Notes: generated from the sequence alone by a model not told the origin. A stretch of 64,000 nucleotides of DNA from the human T2T-CHM13v2.0 reference genome, Homo sapiens (GCF_009914755.1 NC_060947.1), one strand, 5' to 3'; numbered from the stretch's first letter, positions 38,207 to 64,000 are shown. A program made the numbers and translations.

Positions 38207-40197
38207 TGTCTTTTACCTCTTTAAGTAGAGATGTAGAGTAGGCATTAGATATACAAGTTCAGTGCTTGGGATAGATGTCTGGACAGGAGATATATGCTTA
38301 GGAGAGGAATGACTGTAAATAGAAAAGAGTAGAGTTTCAAGGACTGAGTCCTGGGTCACACTGGCCTAAAGAGATCAGAGAGAAGAGGAGGAATCAGCAA
38401 AGAGCCTGACAAAGAACATCCAGTGAGATAAGAGGAAAAGTAAGAGAGAATTATGTTCTGAAAGCTAATCAAAAACAACATATCCACAATGAGGGAATAA
38501 TCAGCTGTGTCAAATGCTGTTAATAAGTCACATGAGAATTGGCAATTGGATGTGGCAATGAAAGTCAATGGTAATCTCTATGAGAAAAGTTTTGATAGAG
38601 AAGTGGGAATGAAAAGTTTGAGTGGCATGTGTTTAAGAAAGAATAAGAGGAGAGGAAGTGGAGTATCAACAACTCTTTCCAGGGATTTGCTGCAAAGATA
38701 GCAAATAACTTAGGGTTGGCAGGAAGTAGTGTGAAAACAGTGGATGTGAGGGGAGGGGGTCATGAGGTTATTTTTTTATCATGGTGGAAGACATAACAGC
38801 ATATGCTATTAGGAATAATCAAGTAAAAATGAAATTAATGTTGTGTGACAGAAGAGTATTGCTGAAGTGATATTCCTGAATAGGAAAGAGTGGATGGGAT
38901 CCGATGTACAAGTAGAAGTATCTTCCTTTAGACAGAAGCAAGATTAGTGCATCTACATTAACAGGTGGGAAGGCAGAGTATATAGATGGAGATTCTAGTT
39001 GATACAGTATTGGGTCGCTGTGGAAGTCCTCTTCTAATTGTTTCAATTTTCTCAATGAAGTGGGCAACAAGGTCATCATTTCAAAGTGAGGATTGGAAAG
39101 GAGGTATTGCTGTGAAATAGCTATCTGGGTAAGTATTAGAGTAAATTATTAAAAAAACTTTAGTATGATTGCCAGGCAACATTAAGTGCCCATTAAGGTC
39201 GTGGTCATAAATTCAAAATGGTCAATGTGATTGTGTGTTTTAATTTCACCACGTAAAGCTGTGTCAGTACTGGTGCAAAGTAGGCAAATAATAGTATTTA
39301 ATTAGAATTGTGGTTTTGCTAAGCAGTATGAGTATAACAAAGCAAGAGGGGCAGAAGAATTGAGGGTTTATGCAAAAGGTGATGTAGTGAATGAGAATAC
39401 ATTTTAAATCATTTAGGTAGAAAGAAGATATCAAGGAGGTGAGAGGCAGTGATGGTATTTTCAATGAACTGGAATTCCAAGAAGGGGCCAAAGGATTGTT
39501 GGAGTACTAGAAGGAATGAATAAAAGAGATATTGGTGGTCAGAGAGTAGGATGCACCAAATTAAGAATATGGAAGAGTTGCAGTTATTGGTAATTAAAAA
39601 GGTTAGGATATGGGCTTGAGTGACTGAAGCGCAGAGGACAAGACCCTTGGAGGAGAGGAGGTCAAGAAACTGAAAGGCTAGAGTGTTGGTAATATCCTCC
39701 ACGTGTGCATTGTTTATTGAAGTTGCTAAGGATTAAGAGAGGGTCAATGTATCTAAAATTTTGTACTATATATAATAATACTATCAGATTTTACGTTGTT
39801 AAACAATGATTCTTAATTTCTAAAATTTAAAAATTAAAGTTGTTGGAATTAAGAACTCTGAGAACTTGACTGAAGGTATTGTTTTCAAACTAATCCACAT
39901 TCACCATGATATGAAGGTTTGAATATTTATGCTAATAATCTCTGATTTGTCATGGGCATGCTGTGCTTCAGTGAAGCTGTCTGAAGAATATTGTGAAAAT
40001 AACATTTTCCAAATAATTGAATATATTTGCTTTACATCATTTAGTGTTAACATTATTTTCCAATGGAAGACTGTAATTTATTATAAACTGATTTCATACT
40101 GGCAATGTTATTGGTGTGTTTGTTGATCTTATTAGTACGTCATATATTCAGGAAGAGTAAATTAAGTTCTCACTCTTGTTTTAGCACATTACTATTT

Positions 40198-40422
40198 TAA
40201 AGTTTTTGGTTTTAATTTTCGTGGCTACATATTAGGTGTGTAATGGGGTACATGAGGCATTTTGATACAGGCGTACAATGGATAATAATCACATCAGAGT
40301 AAATGGGGTATCCATCACCTCAAGCATATGTCCTTTCTTTGTGTTACAAATAATCCGATTATACTTTCTTAGTTAATCTGAAATGTACAATAAATTATTG
40401 TTGACTGTAGTCACCCTGTGGC
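40198..40422 (-). mobile_element. Short 5'-truncated L1MA 3'-end insertion
   Basis: ATGGGGTACATGAG...AATAATCACATCAGAGTAAATGGGGTATCCATCACCTCAAGCAT; TSD AGCACAT(T/A)ACTAT(T/C)T at 40183-40197 and 40423-40437. Confidence 0.85.
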
Positions 40423-41539
40423 AGCACATAACTATCTTATAAAGAGTACTACAAATCTGTTAGATACAGTGAAGAACTTAGAAATAGTCATGATCCTTTA
40501 CTCATAGATGCTTCATAATGCATTCAAAGTGGCAGAAACCAAATCAGTATATATTTTTGACACCTGCTGTTTTCTGAGTCATTCATTATTAACCTCACAT
40601 GGAAGCTACTTAAACAGCTCTTGCTGTAGTCACCACTTCTCACAGCTAGTCTTTGACTACTCTTGGGATTTCTGTGACCTTAGAGGTTTGGTGATGAAGA
40701 AATAGTTAAGCTTTAAATCAGGTTCTCATGTGAAATCATTGCAGAGCAAAGTTGAGAAGTTGGCTATCTCAATCTTGACTCCTTGCTGATTACCTAGGAA
40801 ACAAATTTTCTCTGGTGGGGCTTGTCCAGTCATTCACCTGGCATCTTAATAGAGTATTTGGAAAGGAGGTTTTGGTCAGCATTTGCAGACTCCCATTAGA
40901 TCCTATCACTGATTCTGAGTGAATTTTAATTTCTGCAGCTGGAGAATAGTGAGGGAAGCCATATGTAGTAACATCTGCTATTAAGACTCTTGTTTAGGGA
41001 GAAAGAAGGCAGTTTTATTGTTAAAATTTTAGTTTTGTGGGATTGATTTAAGAAATCTTGTTTCCCTTCTTTATCTAGCATTGAAAAGCGATATATGTAT
41101 GCACTAAACACGGGGTTATCTCAATCAGGATAGGTTGTCCTAAGTGTTGTAGAAAGACTGTTTGAGGCACTATGACCCTGACCTCTACTATACAAAAGCA
41201 AAGTAAAACAAACAAACAAACAAAAAAACAAAGTACTCATCCTTCCTGATATTTGAAATCCGATGACATTAGAACTTCAAATGAATATTTTATCAAGGAA
41301 GAATCATTGGCAGGTTTGTTAAAACTGAATGGAAGTGCACTGATGTAATTGCCTGAGGAAACTGTTATCAGAAAATGTGAGGTTGTGATTCCTTTCTAGG
41401 AGTAATTGCCCTACTCAAGCTTTTGCTCAGAACAACCATCTTTAAAGATCTAGCTGAAGTCTTATCTTCTCTATCAAGACTTCTCTCATGGTGCGTGGTT
41501 GATCCCTTGCTTCTGTGAACTTTTATCTGCAGACAGCCT

Positions 41540-41710
41540 ATCTCTTTTTTTGTATAAATTGTTAGGATTTAAAGTGTTTATGTTTTCTCTCTCCGAAAAC
41601 TAGCTTGTAAATTCTTCAACTTCAGGAACAGTTTGATATGTCATTTTATCATTCACAGTGCCAAACATAGTACATGGATGTAAGTACTGAAAATGCTTTC
41701 AGTTTGTTGG
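41540..41710 (+). mobile_element. L2 3'-end fragment
   Basis: CTAGCTTGTAAATTCTTCAA...CACAGTGCCAAACATAGTA...AAGTACTGAAAATGCTT. Confidence 0.5.
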
Positions 41711-41894
41711 TTTGACAGTGTAACTATGATTTATTATAATTAAATGTATTTATTCTGGGAAGTGTTCATATTTTAAGAAAATCTATTGCTATACTTTAAG
41801 GGTATGTCAGAATAACATACCCCTAAATAGAAGCCTAGAAAATTACTGTTTTGTCTCAGGCACAGTTGTTCTGATATTAATGCTTTCTACTTTC

Positions 41895-42030
41895 TAGATG
41901 TATGACCATCTAAGCCTCAGTTTTTTCATCTAAAAATGGGAATAATATTAGCTACATAAATCATGAGGTTTTTAAGATTAATAAGCCTCATGTACATAAA
42001 GTGCTTGACACAATAAGATCATAGAACATT
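41895..42030 (+). mobile_element. MIR fragment
   Basis: CTAAGCCTCAGTTTTTTCATCTAAAAATGGGAATAATA...TAAAGTGCTTGACACA. Confidence 0.7.
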
Positions 42031-43400
42031 AGCTCTTATTTCTGAAATTGGTGCTCACACCAAGAAATGTGAACACACACATATATGTACATTCATAACA
42101 CAAGAAAAAGAGCAAATTGCAGAATAAAATGAAACAGTTTTCAGAAATGTTTGCAACCAAGACTAAATTAACTGGTTGACTGAATGACACTGTGTGCACT
42201 TCATTTTCTAGGAAATTCTTGTATGTTGACTTTCTAGGCTGATATGGCAGCTGGTAGGCCATTTATTACTAGTTCTGTTGTGGAAAATTCAGTCTTGTGT
42301 GTCATTTAGAGTTTGTGACACATGTACCCTCCCAAGGCTTAATGAGTTGTCTGCAGATGGACCGTTATTTATTACAGTCATGTAGAATAAAATTGATTGT
42401 CTTCTAAAATTAATTTTTCATTTGCCTCCAGCCTTGCTTTAATAGGGCACACACAGTTGCCTGTTTGCAGAAATACTGTTTAATCACATTAATATCTCAG
42501 CCCCCCAGGCTGAAGAAGATAGTTGTATGAACGAACAGCAAAATCTGTATCTTTACCTTCTTTTTATGATTAAATTATGCAAATAACTTATCTCCTGCCC
42601 TTCTAAGCACTAATCATCTAATTAGGAATGATGTGTTAAAGCAATGGTTTTGAATCAGGAGAGAGAAGAATGCAGGAAGCAGAAAATGGGAGCTAACAAT
42701 GAAACCACTGAAGGTACAGTAATGTGTAGTAGATGAATCTATGTATTTGACACAAGAAGAGGTGGGAAGGCTAATACGTACTATCCATATACCTGACACA
42801 TGTCATCTATTGGCAGGAAATATAATTCCTTATCTCTGATGACAAGTTTTTTGATATTAACTTCACATTTTTAGTAAGGCAAATGTTATATTTCCTGCAT
42901 TTTTGAGCACTCAAGGAAAGTAGGATATTTATTATCTCACCCAATGAAGGAGCTGGCTTGCTCTTTTAATCCATGCAGGATAATATACGGTAAAGCAATG
43001 AGATTGCACCTTGATTGTGAACATACACTAAGTTGTTCAGACTATTCCTTTAAAGAAAAGATTGCTTAACGAAAAGCAGTCCTTTCTTTTTTCCTGAGAA
43101 ATTAATCAGTCAGGACATGCAAACCCAGAACAAATATAGTCCCCTTACTGAGGGATTCAGGATTCAGTTCCAAAGCATCATTCCAAATATGTATTTGCAA
43201 GATCTTGCCTTGATTTTGTGCTTCTGCCTCCAGACACTGATTGTGAAGAGTTTTTAGCACATTAGTCCTATTTAGTTGCGGACATAATTATTACATTTAA
43301 TACATATATTGTGTCTTTATCCAACATAATTATTATATTAATAGTAACCATAATAATGATAAACAATACTATTAATGTCCCCTAGCAACCATGCTAAACC

Positions 43401-43401
<1 letters not shown>

Positions 43402-43452
<51 letters not shown>
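43402..43452. repeat. (TA)25 microsatellite
   Basis: Uninterrupted TA run of 51 bp. Confidence 0.97.
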
Positions 43453-43454
<2 letters not shown>

Positions 43455-44399
43455 TTCTTATAGTAATGTGAAATAAATCATGATAAATCAGTAAATCAGG
43501 CCATAGAAATAATATAAGTTTACTGTGGATGTTTTAGAACCTCTCAAAATTTTTTCTTATGGGTACATTTGTGAGAGTCAGCAATCATAATGTTCAGGTC
43601 CTTTTAATATAGTCTTATTGATTTGAATTCAGTGCTTTAACATTTTTACAGTCAACTCTGGAGTATTTTAAAAAATATAATGCAAACCATCTCCCGAGGC
43701 ATTTGAGAACAAAATTTCAAGAAATGTATCCAAAATAGAACATAAACAAAAATTTGTGGATTGGAACAGATAAATTTTCTCAAGTTCTTGAGACCAGTGC
43801 TGTCATTCTCTTAGTATTGCTAGTTTAGCTTATTCTCTTACATGTGCTGGTTCAGGCCACTAAGAAGACCCACTGATCACCACCAGCTGCTATTCTCTTG
43901 AAGTGTGGCAGACGCTTACTATATTGATGCCAGCTGGTTACAGTCATTTGTTTTACATCTTTTCTTTTTTAAGGGTAGGCATCAAACTACAGTCTATCTG
44001 TGTTTACAGGGAAAAATGCTTAATCTATTTATTTTGATAATCGAAGCCAATGAGTCTAACGTATTGAACTTTCCAAGGTTGACTTTCTGAAAATTGTTCT
44101 GGAGAATTTTTGGCACATGCATTCCTGTGGAGGATAGTTTTTTATAGATTTCTACAGTGAAGACAACATTGCCTCCATGGTTGCACCAAATTCCAAAGGG
44201 CCAAGTTAGCCTGTGGAAGTGAAGGGTGAGTCCCTTAGAACTTATTCCATTGCTACCTCATGAAGCTTTATCTCACTTTTCTCAAACTAACATGATTATT
44301 ACATTTCCCCAAACATAGATGGTGCATTATCATGTCATATGATTAAAAAAACCCCTAAAGAACTGGCTATGTCCCTGTTAGATGTCATATGTCTGACTG

Positions 44400-44400
<1 letters not shown>

Positions 44401-44444
<44 letters not shown>
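44401..44444. repeat. (CTAT)11 / GATA tetranucleotide STR at the L1 tail
   Basis: 11 perfect CTAT units abutting the L1PA 3' end. Confidence 0.97.
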
Positions 44445-47460
<3,016 letters not shown>

Positions 47461-47466
47461 GTCTGA

Positions 47467-47742
<276 letters not shown>

Positions 47743-49174
47743 AGACATCCTTTTGTTTTTAAAGGAGCCAAAGAAGAGTTTGAATATATGGGAATAGTAG
47801 TAATCAATTTTATAAACTCTGGCTTTAATAAGTTTTCTACAACATGTCATTTGTACATGGTGATAGAACTTGATATACAAACTCATTTTTCTTACTTTAT
47901 AATGGTAAAATGAATATTTTTATTATTTATTATTTACACAAAATATTTTAAAAGATCTGTGTTAATTGGTTGAGATAGTCCCCAGATCTCTGATTCAGTT
48001 ACACCATCGAGTGCTACCAATATCACTTGAGTTCTTAAAGCACTTCTACAGAATCTGAGGGCTACCGGACACAGATTTTAAAACACAACATGGAACAATT
48101 AAGTGCTTTATAAGTATTATCAAGAAAGTTGGACAATAATTTGAATCTTTTTTTTTCTTTATTCAAAGGCTAGAATAAAGGATACATAAAACAATCTGAT
48201 TATCCATCAAACAGGGGATTAGGTACCCTTTATGCAAGAGGCTTATCTTCTCTGAGAATTGAAAACAAACTCAGAGAAATATATCATCTGTTGTTGCATT
48301 ATAGGTAGAATTATGGCATCACTTTCTTAAAATTCCAAATTTTTACTGTTGAACTTTTAATATACTTCCAAAGGACTTAGTGGAACAGGAAATATGGAAT
48401 ATTAACCTGCACCTGTTTTATCTTTCTCTTTAATAATAGGGAATGGTGAGTGATCTTTTGAAAAACCTAAGGTTATCATGCATATTTGGCAACTTGCATA
48501 CGTCAAATCTTGTAAATGATCCAGTGGCAACAATATATGCCTATCTGTAGGCAAGGTTCTCAGTTTCTTCAGAATATAGGGCAGCAAAGAAATAGCTTTG
48601 CTCAGTTCTCTTATTCCTGTTACTTTTGCTTTTCTCCAGCCCTTTATTCCATGTAGGGGTAGGGAATCTTAATGAGATGGGACAGGGGCTAACTTCAGGC
48701 TGTAATTTCTAGGTAATTAGTTTAAGAGGTTGAGGCAGGAGAAGAATATGCCTTTTAGTTTGCTAAAGGGTCTGATTCCTTACCCTATACATGCTTTACC
48801 TTCTGGCCTACTCAGTTCTCTGGAATCTTACTGTTAGTTAATATCAGTTTGCTGGTAGTGATTTTTCTGTCTTTTTTGTAGATGCTTTTGAAGTTTACTC
48901 ATTTTCTAGTAAACTATCTAGAGTGACATTTATTAAATATAGGCATTATGTAGCCTTTCATACATGATTCATATATAATGGTTACCAAATAAATGTTAAA
49001 TAATTTTCTAACATTATTTAGTTTAAAAACCTGATTTATTACATTGTATTCGTTACTGTGTCTATAACTAAACATAGACATGGCTTTTATACTGAAATGA
49101 AAATCTGTAAAATTCTCAGAAAAATAGAAGCCTGCCATCTTTATATAGGGTTTAAAGTTATAATAATAATTTCT

Positions 49175-49370
49175 ATTGAGCATCATTAATGCCCAGACAC
49201 TGTAGCTGGGACTTTCCATTCATTGCTCAATTTAGTCCTCACAAAACCTTACAAGTTATTTATTGCTAGTATCTTTTTATAGTTGAGAAAACTGAACCTC
49301 AGGGAAATTAGGTAAATTGCCCATGCAGAGCCAGGAATTCTCTGACACCAAACTGATGCTCTTTCTACTG
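49175..49370 (-). mobile_element. MIR SINE
   Basis: TATTGAGCA...ATGCCCAGACACTG...TTTAGTCCTCACAAAACC...TTTTATAGTTGAGAAAACTGA. Confidence 0.75.
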
Positions 49371-50109
49371 TAAAATCCTATACTATCCAAACTAATATGT
49401 TTACTAAAAATCTATACATTAAGCCATCATTGGATTGGGCTTTAGGAAAGGATATTTGAGATAACAACATAAAATTAAAATTATGTACTTCAGGGAAGAA
49501 TATAGTACACATCTTGAACATGGGTATAAACGTTTGCATTTCAGGGAGATGATAGTATTGGCAAATGCCAGTTTTCTTCAGATCTACTTTCATCAGACTC
49601 TGACTATAAAATGAAATAGTGATTATCATATTGTATAATGAATATGAATTTATTTTGAAAGTCACTTATTTATTGAACTTATCAATAAACATTCCAAAAA
49701 TGAAGAATATTATTTCAGGGGAAATAGAATCATTGAGCCTACCATTGTTCTGTTTCCCTTGTCTACTGCCTTTAAATGATAAAATGGAGTTTTGAAGACA
49801 GGTAGTAACAATCCTCTAAAAAATAATTAAGGCTGTTGAATGTTAAGTAGGACGTTTATAAAGAGCTATAAAGTGGAAAAAGTCTTACATCTCGGCTGCA
49901 CAGGATTTAATTATGCAAAATGCTGTGAATTCAAGGAGAATGAGAGATGAGTTTTCACATAATATTGCAAGAGAAGTACATTGGAAAAAGAAAGGAGTAA
50001 TGAGAATCCATACAAGCTGGGGTCCAGACCCCAGACAAAGGTATACAATATGTCAATCAATTAACATTTTTCTAATAATAGTGGTGATCTAAATTTTAGG
50101 CCATATGTG

Positions 50110-50290
50110 GACTTTCTTCTTTATACATATATTTTCATGACACCTTTGTCAGGTTGGTACTATTTCATTTTGCAGATGGAGAAACCTAGTCTCATAATAA
50201 CTAAATGTCTTATTAAAGTCAAATTGGCAATTTGGGTAGAAAAGAAACGGGAATTTATTTACTTTGAGTCTTCTAGTCATTGGATAATGT
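50110..50290 (-). mobile_element. MIR fragment
   Basis: TATTTCATTTTGCAGATGGAGAAACCTAG core. Confidence 0.5.
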
Positions 50291-50667
50291 TTCCTATAAT
50301 ATTATTTTATTGCCATATAACTCAGTTTTCTTTGTGATCTTGAAATAGCTTAACAGTAGTTAATGAAGTATTACAGATATATAGGATGACAAAATTTAAT
50401 GAGAGATATTATATGAGTGGAGTGAGATAGATATTTAACTGGATATTGAGAAAATATGGTTAGAGGTGTCACCTACTTGAAGATTATAATTGAACGCCAC
50501 CAGAGGAAATTGTTAGCACGGCACAAACCACTATTAGAGTGCACAGAGAAAGGTTTAGATATAATCTCTATTTCAATAACTTATTTTATAATATAGAAAC
50601 TGTAATATATTTTAGTTGAGCTATAATTTCTATTCAATAATTACAAATAAGGTAGCTTGCTATCTGA

Positions 50668-50980
<313 letters not shown>

Positions 50981-51727
50981 CTGACTTAGATTTTATTTTT
51001 TTAAACACTTCTACAAAACTTTTCCTCCAATTTGAGACTATGAAGGTACCAGAATGTATCTAAGTCTGAGATTCCACTATAAGAAAGGAGGAACCTCTAG
51101 GACATAGAATGTCAGAAGGATAGTAATAAGGTTAGAAGAAAGATATAAAAAGACATAGGATAAAGGAAATAATAATGAAATCTTAGACTTGATTTATTGC
51201 CATATACTTTTATAATAGTTTGTAGAGAACTACTGGTCCTATCTTCCAGTGACTACTGATGTGGAAATGGTACACCAGTAATGAAGGAGGTTATTTTATT
51301 GATCGGATAGCCTCTTTAACCCCTAAGAAAGTGAGCTTTAAAAACTTCATGTGGTCTGACATATCTGTACAATTGATGAAAGGAACGCCAAGTAGCAATT
51401 GCCAAATAACAATTCCAGGACAGCCAACCTCTGCTAATGATGTAACTGGCAGGAGTCTCTAAGACCATTTTCTTTTCACTGGTCCCCAGTCTAATTGCTG
51501 TAAATTAAAAACTAAGGGAAGATAGAGACGATAGTAGTTGAAACTCAGGGTGAATTAGCAGCTGGGAAAAGTTGTGCTGCCCTCTACTCCTAACCTTTGG
51601 TCTAGTTACAGGCAAGGAGGTGTTCTCTGTTGAGGCTTTGGATAAAGTATTTATTGGTGGCTAGACCACCGATCTTATCAAATAGGGTGTTTGATATCAG
51701 TTGTTATCTTTAAAAAATGATGTGCCC

Positions 51728-52178
51728 TGTGGTTGGCTCCTCAAAGTTGTACTAATCCCTGGAAGCTGTGAATATTACCTTACATGATAAAAAGAATTTT
51801 GCTGATGTGATTAAGGTTAAGGACTTTAATATGAAAGATTATCTCAGATTTTCCATGTTGACCCAATATGATCAAAAGGGGCCTTTTAAGACCAAACTAG
51901 GAGGGACAGAGTCAGTAGCAGGAGATGTGACAATGGAAGCAAGAGGTTGGAGTGATGCAAGGAAGGGGCCATTAGCCAAGGAATGCAGAGAAGGACTCTA
52001 CAAACTGAAAAATGTAAGGGAACAGATTCTCCCCGAAAGGAACCATCCTTGTTGACACCTTGAGTTTAGACTTGAGTTTAGATTTCTGCCCTCCAGCACT
52101 GTAAGAGAAAAAGTTTGTGGTATTTTAAGCCACTAAGTTTGTGGTAATTTATTTCATCAGCAATAGGAAAACAACACA
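51728..52178 (+). mobile_element. MLT1D-like ERVL-MaLR solo LTR
   Basis: TG...CA; CTAATCCCTGGAA.CTGTGAATAT.ACCTTACATG, GATGTGATTAAG.TTAAGGA, TTTAAGCCACTAAGTTTGTGGTAATTT...CAGCAATAGGAAA. Confidence 0.85.
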
Positions 52179-53051
52179 TACCTTAAGCCCCATTTTCCCT
52201 CCACAGCATCTAGCACATGACTGAACACATGGTAGACAGTCAACATTTATTCATTGAAGATCTTACCAGAAAAGCTAGTAAAAGATTAATTCGAAGTGAC
52301 TCAGTATTTATATAGAGAATATCTATATAATCAATGGACAGTTGTTGGAAAGGATTTGGAAATGCTTTAAAATTTCTATAAAATGCTTGAATTTGTCTTG
52401 AGCAGATTAAGGACCAAGGTAGCTAAATTGTATGCAAAGCACTATAGGTCTCCATATTTAGAAAGTGTGGGTAGTTAGTAGTCCTTAGAAAATTTGACAT
52501 TGTATGTTATTTTTCAGCTCTAGCAGAAATATCTTGAGTGCAGTAGGCCATCCACATTACTGTTTGTATCACTGGAATTCAAATCTAATTATAATAAGTA
52601 GGAAGAAGATAGTTTGGTGTGTTTGGGGGTGTTTGGTTACATTCACCTTCATCAACCGTGTCAGTGAACAAATGTAATTAATTTAATTGTTTAAGACTCC
52701 ATCATATTGATAGGTTCAAATAATGGACAAGAGCATATGCAGATAGGCATGTTTAAAATAATAGCCTACATGGTGCTATAATAGCCTCAGAATGAGTTAT
52801 ATAAAGTAGCGTGTTTGTTAGTTTAAGTTGAAGGCCCTGAAGTAGGGTGCATTTGTTACTAAGTGAGTAGCTAAACCAAAATAATATAAATAATACCTTT
52901 TCTTAGGCTATGGTACAAAAATTGACTGTAAAAATATTATATAAGTTGTAGCTGATTAGTAATAAACAAGATATTAAAATAGAAAATACTCATTTTAATG
53001 TCTTTCTGATATTGAAACATCTTAAAAATGAAATTTATCATCTTGTCATTA

Positions 53052-53480
<429 letters not shown>

Positions 53481-53765
53481 CTAAATCCTGCTAATTCTTA
53501 CTTGTTAATGTCTCTGAGACTGTCCCCTTTGTACTCTCATCCAATTCTCTACAATTTTGTTCTTTTCGTGGTTACAGAAACTTCTATACTAATTCCTCCT
53601 GCTTTTCATCTGTCGCATATTCCTATTTCACTACTCATTTCTCTCTATCAGGGATGCTTTTCAGCAGACGTTTTAATCTACTTCAATTTTCCTGAATCAA
53701 GGTGTGTTCTTTCTTGGAACGCCTTCTTCATTCATTTCCACTAATGCATATCTCTTACTCCTTCA

Positions 53766-54898
<1,133 letters not shown>

Positions 54899-54916
54899 CT
54901 AATTCAAAACTTTTTC

Positions 54917-55243
<327 letters not shown>

Positions 55244-57611
55244 TCAACTTTAGTTCCTCTTTATTCTTATTGTGTTTCCCTGCATCTACTGATTCTCTGA
55301 CTTGTGCTTGGTAGGTGAGGCAATGTTGGTTCATATGCACTCTGTCACTCTTGTTAGGTGCAGGCCTTATCTCTGTCGATGTCCCAGATGTGTATACTAT
55401 CTGTTCGGTGTTCTTCAATGCAGATTCAGCTTTATACACAGGCAAGTTTCACAGAACAAAGGTCAAAAGCCATAGCTAAAGAAAATGGCATTTTGTGCTT
55501 GTGACTGCTGTTTTCTAGGTTATTACCTCCTTGAAATCAGTAACAAGCCTTGTTTGTTTTGATTCTTCCACAAAACAGTTCCTTACAAATAACAGGTGCT
55601 CAATCAGTATTGAGCTTGACTGAAACATTATAATTAATTTTCTATTAAATATTAAATCATGCAAATAGCTGCTTTTAACTTTAACTATTCAATCTATTTG
55701 CAATTAGCATGACTTTAGTGTATGTGTATGTGTATGTGTGTAGCCTAACATAGGGCCAGCTACATAGTGAATGTTTAGTTGATGGCAATTAACAACAGTA
55801 ATATTTGAAAAAGATCCAGTCTTCCTTTACAAATATGCAATAGAGATTTGGGGCATTGTTGCTATAAATTGTTAACTTGGTTAACTCTATGTAACCGTCT
55901 AAAATAAATTTAACAAGTAGTGTTCACTAATGTATTTAGGATTAGAACAGGAATAGTCAATTGCCAGTAAGTAAATGATCTACTCCTGTTTCCTATCTTC
56001 AAGGAATACTGTGGGGTAATCAAAGTGTGCACACATGAAATAACAAAATAACATAATTACTTGTTCCACAACTTGTGACACAAAATCTTAAGTTCTGTAG
56101 AAGTTTAGAAAAGGAAGGGATGTCATCGTTTTCAGGTTTTTTGTTTAAAGTAAGTCTGCTTTTTATTTATTTTGGAATGATTTGGAGAATCACAGCCTCC
56201 TTATCCTTACACATTTAAACTGTATACACTATTTGCAAGAATTTTGCTTTTCTTTTTTTATGCAGTATAGTGCCCTCTGGTGAATGTTCATTCCTGCATA
56301 AGAATTCTATTTCACTTATTAATTTTGTAAAATTAATTATTGTATGAAACATAACTAGAATATAAATTCTATTTACTTATTAGTTTCTAGAAAATAGTGA
56401 CATGTTGAATTAGAGAAAGATAATGTTCTAGTTTATAATTAAAAATTTTAATTGATTGTAACTTAAGCCCATGCAGTTTTCTTTTAGTAGGTGTAAGGAA
56501 AATTTTCCTGCCTTCTTTCTGCAGTTACTTTCCTTTGTGAGAAGTAGATTATCTCTGTGTTTATTAATAGTGTTGTCAGTTGCTATTTTTGCATTTCTTA
56601 AAGATAAGCAGGTTTTACTTAAACTGATGCCTCAATGAAATACAACAAAGTCAAGGGCATTATTCTGAAGGGGAAACCATTTGAACTGTAGGCTCAAATA
56701 TCCCAGGTCAAACTGGGCTGCATTAATTTTTCCCCTTATTTAAATCATGAATTATCTCTTAACCCTTTATTAACAACATGCTTACTTAATGAGATAGCAT
56801 CTAGTTTTTCTGGACATAACTGAAAGCTAGTGTTTAAAATGGTTTGTAACAGTATAGTGAGTCAGGGCAAATAGCTGTTTTAGTTAGATATATTTTAAGA
56901 TTTTGAATACAGACTATGACTTCAGTCCAATTCTTGACTTTTCTCAAGAAGTAAACTAAACTTCACCAAAACAAAAAGGTGAGTATCTTAAAAGAACAGT
57001 AATTGCCCTTACCAATTTTTAAGTTCTAGGTACTAAGAACTCTTTCAGATAGTAACAAGACAACTAACTGCAGGTTTAATCTGCTATTTGTGAATGACTC
57101 TATTGTTTCTTTTAGAGACCTGATTATGGCACTTATAAAGACATTAACATATATATTATATATATTTATATTTATTTATTTATTTTTAAGTGGACCTAAG
57201 TTGAAGGGAATATATATTGAATTCTGCTAATTATTCACGTCAACTCTGCTGTTCACATCATGTTGATATGATCTTCCTTTCCCACTAGTAACCTCTCTAT
57301 ATATATCACTCAAAACTCTCTTCTGAACTGACAGATAGATGGAAATATTTTTAATTCCTTGTGACAAAGAAAGAAACCAGGCTAGCCAAGTTCTGCTAAT
57401 TTGACTATTGAAGACTAATTAACATTGACATGTTTGTTGCAAAAATGTCAAAGCCATGGGGAACTTGGTCAAAAATAATGCTCATAAGTTTGGAGAATTT
57501 AGTATATCTTGGATAAAATTCTTCATATTCTTCATGAAGAAACTTATATACTCACTAAAATGTATTCTCCCTTCAAGATATAGCTAATTAGATAAATTTG
57601 AACTGGATATT

Positions 57612-64000
<6,389 letters not shown>

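Noticed and set aside
47960-48090. Possible MER5-type DNA transposon remnant
   Set aside because: Similarity too faint to call by eye
50494-50510. GCCACCAGAGG as a CTCF site
   Set aside because: The 3' half (GAAAT) lacks the GGCRS part of the consensus

Overview
This is eukaryotic (human or close primate) genomic DNA: the 5' end of DACH2 (dachshund family transcription factor 2, Xq21 in human). About 11 kb of repeat-rich upstream DNA is followed by a CpG-island promoter and coding exon 1 (ATG 11846, donor after 12333), which encodes the whole DACHbox-N/Ski-Sno domain. The remaining ~51.6 kb is intron 1, and no second exon is recognisable. The intron has an ~11 kb stretch with no recognisable Alu or L1 and with enhancer-like motif clusters. 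It also holds an antisense, 5'-truncated EEF1A1 processed pseudogene, a near full-length old L1 carrying a nested L1PA and a MER4 solo LTR, further L1s, many Alus, L2/MIR relics and microsatellites. Almost all other ORFs in the track are repeat-derived or spurious. I found no clear new protein-coding system. The most unusual item is a 68-bp ERV1-LTR R-region fragment with a tail and a 19-bp target-site duplication (25125-25239), which looks like an LTR-derived SINE-like retroposon. Other candidates are templated fold-back insertion scars, an Alu-spacer-Alu cassette inside an L2, and possible enhancers and a CTCF site. Repeat subfamily names come from recalled consensus motifs, not from a search.
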